Assembly (NCBI GenBank): GCA_965203275.1
Contig: OZ241865.1
Coordinates: 576,001-640,000 of the forward strand
DNA length: 64,000 bases
Reading direction: 5' to 3'
Origin: Bdellovibrionales bacterium
GTDB lineage: Bacteria; Bdellovibrionota; Bdellovibrionia; Bdellovibrionales; JAUICD01
The number at the start of each line of letters is the position of its first letter. The stretch's first letter is position 1. A program made the position numbers and the translations under genes. Below the pieces are notes generated by a model. The model ran no database searches. It was not told the DNA's origin and worked only from the letters and a program-made list of their open reading frames with translations. Of this stretch, positions 21,431 through 31,836 are shown piece after piece.

Positions 21431-22660
21431 ATGCCAATGACTTTAAATCCTCAAGAGCAATTAACAGAACTGAAAAAAGGTATTGTACAAATTGAGCGTG
21501 AAGATGAGCTTTTGCAAAAATTGCAAAAGAGTCATCAAACAGGCAAGCCTCTCAAAATCAAGGTAGGATTTGATCCAACCCGTCCTGACTTGCATCTAGG
21601 TCATGTTGTGTTATTGAACAAAATGAGGCAATTTCAAAATTTTGGACATGATGTGATTTTTCTCATTGGAGATTTTACAGCTCTTATTGGAGACCCCACA
21701 GGTCGGAACGAAACGCGTCCACCTCTTACTGCGACAGAAATTCAACAAAATGCACAGACTTATTCTCAACAAGTTTTTAAGGTACTCAACAAACAAAAAA
21801 CACAAATACGTTACAATACAGAATGGACCTCTCAGCTTTCTGCTTTTGATTTTGTCAAGCTTATGAGCAAATACACCTTAGCCCGCATGGCAGAAAAGCA
21901 CGATTTTAAAAACCGGCTTTTTTCAGATGATTCTTCTATTGCATTCCATGAACTCATATATCCTTTACTACAAGGCTATGATTCTGTGGTTTTAAAAGCA
22001 GATGTTGAATTAGGAGGGACAGATCAAATCTTTAATTTATTAGCTGGACGAAAGCTACAAAAGTCATACAATCAAACTCCCCAATGCATTCTCACATTAC
22101 CTCTTTTAGAAGGATTAGATGGTATAAAAAAAATGTCTAAAAGTTACGATAATTACATTGCCTTAGATGTATCAGCAAAAGACATGTTTGGTAAAATTAT
22201 GAGAATTTCAGATGACTTAATGGTAAGATATTATGAGTTACTCACAGAGATCAGTGTCAAGGAGCTAACGGACCTTAAAAATAAAACAGGCCCGTTTGCT
22301 TTAGAAAATCCAAGAGACACTAAAATAAAACTAGCTAAAATGTTGGCATCACAGTTTTATTCTCAAGAAGAAGCAGAGCAAGCTCATCAGGAGTTTATAA
22401 AAGTTTTTTCAAGAGGAGGGCAACCTGATGAAATACCAGAGTTTATTTTAAAGGACAATCCAATAGGGATATGCAAATTGCTTGTAGAGGCCCAAATGGT
22501 TTCATCTAATAGTGAAGCTAGAAGGCTTATTCGCAGTCGGGCAGTTAAAAAAGATGGAGAAGTGATCACTGATGAACACACACAGATCACTTTGTCAAAA
22601 TCAGATAAACCTTTTATATTAAAAGTCGGCAAAAGACGCTTTGTCAAAATATGCCAATAG
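21431..22660 (+). CDS. tyrS: Tyrosine-tRNA ligase
   Basis: GFDPTRPDLHLGH (HIGH), GGTDQ, KMSKS, C-terminal S4-like domain; ATG at 21431 follows an agggg RBS-like run. Confidence 0.96.
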   Translation: MPMTLNPQEQLTELKKGIVQIEREDELLQKLQKSHQTGKPLKIKVGFDPTRPDLHLGHVVLLNKMRQFQNFGHDVIFLIGDFTALIGDPTGRNETRPPLTATEIQQNAQTYSQQVFKVLNKQKTQIRYNTEWTSQLSAFDFVKLMSKYTLARMAEKHDFKNRLFSDDSSIAFHELIYPLLQGYDSVVLKADVELGGTDQIFNLLAGRKLQKSYNQTPQCILTLPLLEGLDGIKKMSKSYDNYIALDVSAKDMFGKIMRISDDLMVRYYELLTEISVKELTDLKNKTGPFALENPRDTKIKLAKMLASQFYSQEEAEQAHQEFIKVFSRGGQPDEIPEFILKDNPIGICKLLVEAQMVSSNSEARRLIRSRAVKKDGEVITDEHTQITLSKSDKPFILKVGKRRFVKICQ

Positions 22661-22693
22661 TCAAAGTATGCCAATAATAAGGATAATGATATT

Positions 22694-23533
22694 ATGAAGA
22701 AACAAAAACAAACATTAAAGGACACCATTAAAAAAACATTTTTAGTCAATCCTTATGAACCTATTGCAATAAAAAACATTACCTTTATTGATCAGATATT
22801 GATGGGCTTTATTATTTTGAGTATTGCTATTGTTCTCTTAGATAGCATAGAGAATACTCAATATAAAAGCTTTTTTATGTATTGCGATTGGTTTTTTGTG
22901 GTGATTTTTACAATGGAATATTTTTTAAGAATTTATTCTGCCCGTATCAAACGGGAATATATATTTAGTTTTTATGGCATTGTTGATTTTATAGCTATAT
23001 TTCCATCTTATTTAAGTTTATTTTTTTCAGGGACAACTTCTCTCCTTGTGATCCGAGCTTTTAGATTGCTACGTGTTTTTCGTATCTTTAAATTACTGCG
23101 ATATTTAGAAGCTGTAAAAGTTTTGACTTTTGTCTTGAAGGAGAGTCGCACGAAGATTATTGTTTTTTTAACAGCTGTGATGATCTTTGTGACTTTTATG
23201 GGTTCTGTGATGTTCTTTATAGAAGGTGAAGAACACGGATTTACAAGCATCCCTCGATCTATTTATTGGTCGATTGTGACAATCACCACTGTGGGTTATG
23301 GTGATATCACTCCACAAACTACGTGGGGTCAAATGGTTGCTAGCTGTTTAATGATTATTAGTTATGGTGTCATTGCTATCCCTACGGGTATTATATCGTC
23401 TTCATTTACAAAATACCAAGCTTCAAAATTAATGTGTCCTCGATGTCAAACATCTTTCCATGATACTGACGCAAAATATTGTAAGCTTTGCGGTGCAGGA
23501 TTGACACCTGCCATTATTGCTCCTCCTCACTGA
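22694..23533 (+). CDS. Voltage-gated-type potassium channel (ion transporter)
   Basis: S4-like RAFRLLRVFRIFKLLRY, filter TTVGYGD, C-terminal CxxC..CxxC. Confidence 0.92.
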   Translation: MKKQKQTLKDTIKKTFLVNPYEPIAIKNITFIDQILMGFIILSIAIVLLDSIENTQYKSFFMYCDWFFVVIFTMEYFLRIYSARIKREYIFSFYGIVDFIAIFPSYLSLFFSGTTSLLVIRAFRLLRVFRIFKLLRYLEAVKVLTFVLKESRTKIIVFLTAVMIFVTFMGSVMFFIEGEEHGFTSIPRSIYWSIVTITTVGYGDITPQTTWGQMVASCLMIISYGVIAIPTGIISSSFTKYQASKLMCPRCQTSFHDTDAKYCKLCGAGLTPAIIAPPH

Positions 23534-23758
23534 ACTGACCACTTTTTTATTTTAACGTCTGTGCATCACTGAAAATACAACAAACATTTAATGTAGGTTT
23601 ATTCAATGGTAATATTTTGAATCATTATGTTAAAATGTTTTTTAAACTTAAAAAATATTGACCTTAACTTAAATGTTATATTATTTATAAAGACGAAGTA
23701 AAAAACGAAGTAAAAATAAGCATCTTTTTCAACAGACTCTACAATAGAGAAAGGAAGT

Positions 23759-25165
23759 ATGGCTATGAATTTTGATATCACATTTATTGGAGCAGGTCCT
23801 GGGGGTTATACAGGGGCTATCAAAGCAGCTCAACTGGGTCTTAAAACGGCTGTGGTCGAGAAAGACTCAGTGCTAGGTGGTACTTGCCTTAATGTGGGTT
23901 GCATCCCTAGTAAGGCTTTGCTAGATTCCTCAGAACATTTTGCCTTTCTGCAACATGATGCAGCTAAGCATGGCATTAGCATTAAAGGAAACTATCAGTT
24001 AGATTTATCCACTATGATGAAAAGAAAAAGCAATATTGTCAAAGACCTCAATAAGGGCATTGATTTTTTAATGAAAAAAAACAAAATTCAAGTATTTCAT
24101 GGGGTGGGAAAGATCACATCCTCTCAATCTATACAAGTGACAGCCAATAACAAAAAGCAACAGGACATTCAAAGTAAAGCCATTGTCATTGCTTCTGGCA
24201 GTGTTCCCATACCTTTGCCTTCTTTGCCTTTTGATGGTGAGAGGATCATCAGCTCAACAGAAGCTTTAAGTTTGTCTGCTGTGCCGAAGACCCTAATAGT
24301 TATAGGTGGTGGTGCTGTGGGTTTAGAGATGGCATCTATTTGGTTACGTCTTGGTGCTAAAGTGACTTTAGTTGAAGCTGCTTCTTATATTTGTGCTGGA
24401 ATGGATGAAATCTTAAGCAAAGAACTCAAAAAGGTTTTAATCAAACAAGGTATGAATATTTTAGTAGACACAAAGGTCATAGATTGTCATCTCAATCGGA
24501 AGAAAGAAATCACTTTAGATTTGGAATCTCAAGAAGGTCAAAAATCTATGAAGGGGGATGTATGCCTTGTAGCCATTGGGCGAAAGCCTTACAGTGAAGG
24601 GCTTGGTTTAAAAGATATGGGGATTGCATGCACTCAAAGAGGGCAGATTCAAGTAGATAAAAACTTTCAAACCAATATCCCTGGCATTTATGCTATTGGC
24701 GATATCATTGAAGGGCCTATGTTAGCACATAAAGCAGAAGAGGAGGGCGTCGCTGTTGCTGAGATTATTTCTGGACAGAAAGCTTACGTGAATCATTTGA
24801 CCATACCATATATTATTTATACTTGGCCAGAGGTTGCTAGTGTAGGTTATACAGAAAGGCAATTAAGGGATCAGGGCATCGAATATAATAAAGGACAATT
24901 TCCTTTTATTGCTAATGGAAGGGCTAAGGCACTTGGAGAAACATCAGGACTTGTGAAGTTTTTAGCAGATAAAACCAATGATCGTATTTTAGGTTGTCAT
25001 ATTTTAGGTCCGAGGGCTTCTGATATTTTAGCAGAAGCTGTTGTGGCTATGGAATTTTCTGCCACTAGTGAGGATATTGCTCGGTCTTTTCATGCTCATC
25101 CTACATTAAGTGAAGTGATGCGAGAAGCTGCTTTAGATGTTCAATCCAAAGCTCGTCAAATGTAA
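23759..25165 (+). CDS. lpdA: Dihydrolipoamide dehydrogenase
   Basis: GAGPGGY, GGTCLNVGCIPSK, HAHPTLSE. Confidence 0.96.
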   Translation: MAMNFDITFIGAGPGGYTGAIKAAQLGLKTAVVEKDSVLGGTCLNVGCIPSKALLDSSEHFAFLQHDAAKHGISIKGNYQLDLSTMMKRKSNIVKDLNKGIDFLMKKNKIQVFHGVGKITSSQSIQVTANNKKQQDIQSKAIVIASGSVPIPLPSLPFDGERIISSTEALSLSAVPKTLIVIGGGAVGLEMASIWLRLGAKVTLVEAASYICAGMDEILSKELKKVLIKQGMNILVDTKVIDCHLNRKKEITLDLESQEGQKSMKGDVCLVAIGRKPYSEGLGLKDMGIACTQRGQIQVDKNFQTNIPGIYAIGDIIEGPMLAHKAEEEGVAVAEIISGQKAYVNHLTIPYIIYTWPEVASVGYTERQLRDQGIEYNKGQFPFIANGRAKALGETSGLVKFLADKTNDRILGCHILGPRASDILAEAVVAMEFSATSEDIARSFHAHPTLSEVMREAALDVQSKARQM

Positions 25166-25418
25166 TGTTGGGAAGGGTTATCAGCCGGCACTCATCTAGC
25201 GAACACCCGTCAAATGTAATGTTGGATGTAATGTTGGGCAAATTTTATTCAAGAGATCATCTCACCTTTCAATGCTACTTTTCAATGCTACTTTTCAATG
25301 CTAGGTCGGGCTGTCTATTTGCTTGCCTTGCAAAGAGTGGATGCTTATTGATTTGGAGTTACATTGCTTTGGCTTTGGAATAACTTGGCTTGGGAATAAC
25401 TTGGAATTTAAAGATGAA

Positions 25419-25660
25419 TCAATCGCATGTAGATGAATCCCAACCTGATATTGCACAATTCTGACCTCTTCCTCCATTCTGTCCTGGACAATACCATTCG
25501 CATCTCCATGTGTGTGCACCATCTTCTCTACAATTAGAATCTACTGATTCAGGAGTGCAGGCACCACAGGTGGTATTGCTACATTGTCCAGAGACAGGGT
25601 TGCTATCGGAATCGGAATCTGAATCCTGAGGATCTGAATTAGGTACGGAAGTTCTATTCG
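25419..25660 (-). pseudogene. Out-of-frame second copy of the Cys-rich C-terminal domain of the giant pilin-like gene
   Basis: PVSGQCSNTTCGACT..EDGAHTWRCEWYCPGQN matches PVPGQCGSTCGACT..EDGPHTWRCEWTCHGQN; it lies one base out of frame across the TAG at 25654. Confidence 0.7.
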
Positions 25661-28600
25661 TTACATTCATTTGAAGGCAAATGGGGAACGGAACAATTAA
25701 TTCGCCCTCTATTCTGTCCATGACAGGTCCATTCACATCTCCATGTGTGTGGACCATCTTCCATGCAAGCAGGACTGGAATTACGTCGTCCAACAGTGCA
25801 GGCGCCACAGGTACTGCCACATTGTCCAGGGACGGGGTCGCCTCGGACCCAGCATCCATTTTGTTGTTTACATGTATCATTACCAGAGACACTGGTACAG
25901 CTGGATTCATCGTTGTATTGTCCAGTGCCAGTGCAAGTTTCAGGGCGATTAGGTTTTGCTTTGGCACATGAAACTGAGGTTCCACCAAGTACACAAGACC
26001 ATTTATACTCAGTGGCTGTGTCAGCTACTGGACGGAGTGTACCTCTATGACAAGCATCTTCTTGAGCATTATTACAAGCTGGAGATTGTGGATTAGAAGG
26101 TGGATCAGGATCAGCAGGTGGATTCACATTTTGACTAGGTAGAGAAGTTCTATAACAGCAATGTCTACCAGAGTTCACTTGGAGTTCCCATATATCTCTT
26201 TTTGTTAGGCCAGGAGGCACGACATCTTTCCAACCACCAGGTCCAGTTCCATATCTGTCTAAATCTTCACATTTTGTATCATATGAAGTTGCAATCAAAC
26301 CTTTTGATGGATCTGGATTTGAATCTAATGGTCCATGGCCTAAACGGCAACTACGACCGTTGTTCGACCAAAGACTATTTCCTAACCGCTCCATCATTAG
26401 ATTACAAGAATATCCACAAGATGGATAACACCTTCCACCCACATCTTTAACATGACAATTATATCGATTAGAATCATGACACCCTACTGATTCTGCACAA
26501 TAAGACCCTGTACATCCTCCTCTTCTTTTGCTACAGGCTCCATGGGGATTAGGTTCATTAGGGTCAGGAGTTGCATTAGGATCAGGAGTTGCATTAGGGT
26601 CAGGAATAGGATCAGGGGTTGGAGTGTAACCACAAGCGGGTCGTAGTCTACATCTTTGCTGTGAGTCATTATCTATTTTACGACGCTTGTTTTTAGTACA
26701 ACCACCACTTGTATAAGGTTGACAATGTCCTTTGAATGGCACACTAAGTGTCTTTCTTTTAGCTCTACATTTAGTTTCATCCTGGTTCACTTTCAGTACC
26801 CACCTTACATGTTGGCTTCCAGGAATATTTTCACAAACTCCTGAGCTTGCTCTTGTAGATTCAGGCTCAGAACTCTGCCATTCATTAGGTACACCATCCT
26901 TTAGTCTACATTTATATTTATGCTTTACACCCAAGGCATCTGTATATTGACAGTCATCTGATGGGCCGTCCGTACTATCAAGTCGCCATTTTGTAGCACA
27001 ACTTGCCTCAACATCACAACTTTTTCCTATAGTCTCATTATTATCGGTGAGATAATATTTACCCTTATCGTTCTCAATAGTCGATTTAGCGTGTGTACCG
27101 CTCATATAATTATTTTTACAGATAGCTTCTCTATTAAAACTACATTTGTTTGCATCACCAGAACCTGCACGCTTACCTCTACAACGAGAGGGATTATAAT
27201 CTGTTCTTGTCCGTTGTGTTGGAGTTTGTGATTTTCCTTTGCAGGGAAGTAGATATTCGCATTTATTTAAACCTAGTGGTGGACAGCTAGATAGTGTTTC
27301 ATCGTTCCTAGTCTGTCTGCCTCCTTTAGGATTGGTGCAATGCCTTGTGTTGGGTACACCACATTGTTCATTATTTACTCCATTACAAGTACCTGCATTA
27401 CGATCACAACAAGCAAGGTGAGATTCACACTTCACATATTTACAACTATGACCATCTCCAAGCCCAAGTATAGGTGTAGTTGGATGTGGTACAAACACAC
27501 TCCATTGTGTTGGCTTAACACTTGAAGTGCCTCCACAAATATGGTAATATTTAACTCCTACATATCTAGGATTACAGCCATCATGTTCATTTGAAGAACC
27601 TGGTGCTGTTAGGTTACATTCGATGGGAGAACCATTGCCGTCTTTTCTGGTCCTTACACATTGGCTTTGATGACAATCTACAGAATAATGTTTTGGGAAT
27701 TTACCTGCTGTTGAGTTGGTTGGTACAATTGTATTAATAGTATATTGTGTCTTATCACTATTCTTAAACCAATAAGTACTATTTGGAAAGTTTTGAGCTG
27801 CAAATGTACTTGGAAGGTCTGTATCCCATACAAGAGGGTTACCAGAACCACTTCCACAGACATCCTTAGGGATGGTGGTTACTGTTTGTCGACCATGTTG
27901 AATTCCGCTCAAAGTACCCTTACAAACCGGTGGACTTGTCGTTCTGTCAATCGTCATGCTAATGGAGCTACTTGTATTAGTGGTGCCACTACCATCCCTT
28001 CGACGACCTGACTTTGTGCAAGGTTCTAAATTATGAGTAAATTGATCTGTGACTTTGCCTGTAAAGGAGACATTATTTTGATTGCACTGTATACCAGTGA
28101 TATACAAAACATTCAAACTTCTTCCACTATGACTCACACGAGTGAAAGGCAATTTCCAACGAGTATTTGGACCTGAGTAATTCCTTCCCTTAACCCCATC
28201 ACTGATTGAACCTACATCGTCCTCATCACTATTGAGAGCTACAGTTGATGTGGGTCTTTTAGAATCTATATAAAAACGACTATTAACAATCTGACGTGGA
28301 TTTGTTACGCCCAACTGTGAGGCTTCTATAACCTCTAGCTCATACCTTCTATTAGATGGTAAACTATTGAACTTTAATCGCAACTTGATATCATTACCAC
28401 TGCTATCTAAAAATGTACTGCTTGTACTGCCTGGTTGTCCCGGAAATTTCACTTGATGACACTTCTGCCAAGGACCTCTTGTAAAAGTACAACTTGTCCC
28501 TGAATAGGCAGCTGTGCTATCACCACTTAGACAACCCCTGATCCCCCGGCATAACAAGACTGTTCCAAACTCTTTTGACCTGCTCTGAGGAAACTTCAAA

Positions 28601-29906
28601 TCCATAATAATATTTTTGTAATTAGAGCCATCTGTATTACACGAAGTTTGTTTGCGTGAACTCAGCAGTAAGTCCTTATTATGACCATTTTTAAGGGAGG
28701 TGACTTCTACACTGACAGGAGTCTGATTCCCTTCTACAAGCATTCTAGTTTGATGAGAAAATCTTTGCATTGCATTGCAAGAATAACTCTGGCTTTCTTT
28801 TTCATATTTTAACTTAACTGTCACCTGAAATCCTAAGTCAGGATTACCTATGGTACTTAAACCTGAATTACTGCTTTTGATTCTATTTTTAAAAGCTATA
28901 CTTGGATTCTGTGATAGAGAAAGCCTAGGGTGAGTCAGTATTAACTTATGCGTCGGGTGAGTAGATGAATGTGGACAAGTCACAGGTGTTGATACAAACT
29001 CACTGCCGACATACTTTGTCTCTTTACATTCAATATTTGCATAACTCTCTATGACTTTTTGGTTTTTAAGATCAACAGGATTAATCCTAATGTAGAATTT
29101 TACGTTTTGAAGATTGTACTTTTTAAGATAGTCCTTCCATAAAGAAGCTATCCTTCCATCACTTGTTGTGGTGCTACTGGTAATGGTAAAGTCTTTACCT
29201 TTTTCGTCTTCGTCCTGTTCCTCTTCATCAAAAAATTCATGGTCAGAGTTATATAAAAATTGTAGAAAATTAACAGCATTCAGCAACAAGACAGATGTAC
29301 CTGTTTGAACAGAAGAACCAGCATTTACTTTCACCAAATCCACTCCTGTATTGATAAATTGAGATGGAGGGTTGCTATTGATTAATTCTCTGTATAATTT
29401 TGTATACAGCGTTGGAGTATTTAAGCTAGTACCTGAACTGATATCTTGGATTTGATATTCAGCTGGATTTGTGCTGGCAATTTGAGTGCCTTTTTTAATA
29501 AGCAGTGGATTATAATCATAGCCAGCTTTGTATCCATAAAGACGAGTCCCTAATGAGACCACCCTATCTAAACCTGATTGGGCAATGCTTTGACAATCTG
29601 AATCTTGTGCAGATGAACGCATCACTGTTTGACTTTGTGTGAAGTAATATGCTGTGCCTACACTGATTAAGGCAAGCATGGTCATCACAATCAACATCTC
29701 TACTAAGCCCATTCCTAGCTCTGGCTGTTTGCATTTTTTAAAATGATTTTTTTTAAGACAATGAAAACCTGGACTTAAGGGGGGGGGGGGGGGGGGTAGG
29801 CTAATTGCGTTATGCAATTTTTTTGCAGAAGTGTTTGTACAAATATTTGTACAAATGAAAAACAAAACCGAACTAAATAAATAATTTTTTTGTATATATA
29901 AATCAT
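25654..29906 (-). CDS. Giant (~1400 aa) Cys-rich protein with a type IV prepilin-like N-terminus; G18 tract in the leader
   Basis: G|MGLVEMLIVMTMLALISVG prepilin motif; many Cys; PDPNAT repeats. The ORF track starts at TTG 29865; an ATG at 29906 with an aaggg RBS is in another frame and stops just after the tract. Confidence 0.75.
29779..29796 (+). repeat. Poly-G18 homopolymer (C18 on the coding strand)
   Basis: Counted from the sequence. Confidence 0.9.
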
Positions 29907-30031
29907 AACTGAACCCTTAAACTTATTATAAACGACTTATCGACAATTCAACGAAAAAAGTAAAAAATATATAATTTTTTTAAGATTTTGTATCAATATA
30001 ATACACATCGACTGTGAAATACCCAGAATCC

Positions 30032-30108
30032 GGGATCCGGGATCCGGGATCCGGGATCTGGGATCTGGGATCCGGGATCTGGGATCTGGGATCTGGGATC
30101 CGGGATCC
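30032..30108 (+). repeat. Heptamer tandem repeat (GGGATCY)x11
   Basis: Eleven units counted, followed by an inverted copy (ccggatcccagatcccgg) at ~30136-30153. Confidence 0.95.
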
Positions 30109-30179
30109 GGCATCAGTTCCCGGTATGCCAGATTGCCGGATCCCAGATCCCGGATCATGGGAGTGAATATAAAGTCTTG

Positions 30180-31702
30180 TTTCCTTAACATGGTGTTAAA
30201 AAATGAGGACATCCTCCTTCCTAAAATTGAACAAGCTTTTGAGGCAGTTAGCCTTTGATCGACGGCGGTAGCCGTCGGGCTAACTGCCCAAAAGTAGCCA
30301 GAGGCTAGTTCAATTTTAGGGAAACAGAGGTCAGACCACTTTTAGTGAAACAAATCCTTCAGTCTCCCACTGCCCCATCCTCTCCCTAATTATTTTTTGT
30401 TTGATGGTTACGCAGAATCTAAAAAAAATAAAAAAACAAAAAAAAAGAACTTTTTCCCTAACATGGTGTTAAGAGAAAAAAGGATCCTTCCCTACTCAAA
30501 ATAAATGGATTTTCTAGGCAGTTAGCCTTTGATCAACGGCGATAAGCCGTTGGGCTAACTGCCAGAAAACATGCCAGAGGCATGATGCATTTTGAGTGAA
30601 ACAAACCCTTAACATGGTGTTAAAAAATGAGGAGATCCTCCCTACTAAAAGTGGTCAGGCTTTCTAGGTTGCCAGCATTTGAGAAGGCGATAGCCTTCGG
30701 CTGGCAACCAGAAAGTGACCAGAGGTCAGACCACTTTTAGTGAAACAAATCCTTCAGTCTCCCACTGCCCCATCCTCTCCCTAATTATTTTTTGTTTGAT
30801 GGTTACGCAGAATCTAAAAAAAATAAAAAAACAAAAAAAAAGAACTTTTTCCCTAACATGGTGTTAAGAGAAAAAAGGATCCTTCCCTACTCAAAATAAA
30901 TGGATTTTCTAGGCAGTTAGCCTTTGATCAACGGCGATAAGCCGTTGGGCTAACTGCCAGAAAACATGCCAGAGGCATGATGCATTTTGAGTGAAACAAA
31001 CCCTTAACATGGTGTTAAAAAATGAGGAGATCCTCCCTACTAAAAGTGGTCAGGCTTTCTAGGTTGCCAGCATTTGAGAAGGCGATAGCCTTCGGCTGGC
31101 AACCAGAAAGTGACCAGAGGTCAGACCACTTTTAGTGAAACAAATCCTTCAGTCTCCCACTGCCCCATCCTCTCCCTAATTATTTTTTGTTTGATGGTTA
31201 CGCAGAATCTAAAAAAAATAAAAAAACAAAAAAAAAGAACTTTTTCCCTAACATGGTGTTAAGAGAAAAAAGGATCCTTCCCTACTCAAAATAAATGGAT
31301 TTTCTAGGCAGTTAGCCTTTGATCAACGGCGATAAGCCGTTGGGCTAACTGCCAGAAAACATGCCAGAGGCATGATGCATTTTGAGTGAAACAAACCCTT
31401 AACATGTTGTTAAAAAACGAGGAGATCCTTCCCTACTAAAAGTGGTCAGGCTTTCTAGGTTGCCAGCATTTGAGAAGGCGATAGCCTTCGGCTGGCAACC
31501 AGAAAGTGACCAGAGGTCAGACCACTTTTAGTGAAACAGAGGCCAGTTCACTTTGAGTGAACGAGAGCCTTCGGCTGGCAACCAGAAAGTGACCAGAGGT
31601 CAGACCACTTTTAGTGAAACAGCTTAGCCTTTGATCGACGGCGGTAGCCGTCGGGCTAACTGCCAGAAAACATGCCAGAGGCATGATGCATTTTGAGTGA
31701 AA
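30180..31702 (+). repeat. Family-A cluster including a 395-bp unit triplicated in tandem (30325-31538)
   Basis: caaatccttcagtctccc at 30351, 30746 and 31141; each unit holds two different family-A variants. Confidence 0.93.
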
Positions 31703-31836
31703 AAAAATGAGGACTTCGGAAGCCTGCACCCGCATTCCACTCATATAACAAAAATGAAAAAGCAGAATCGAAGGGCGGGGGGTGGGGTTAGGGATTATCC
31801 CTTTGCTACTGGGCAAAAAATTATCTTTGCAAAAGG

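Noticed and set aside
25419..25840. Diversity-generating retroelement TR/VR pair
   Set aside because: Differences include indels and all base types, not adenine-specific changes; no reverse transcriptase in the window.
29937..30212. 91-aa ORF with PDPRSRI repeats (also 39479-39806, 31517-31897, 40351-40548)
   Set aside because: Translations of heptamer and family-A repeats; no RBS or protein-like features.
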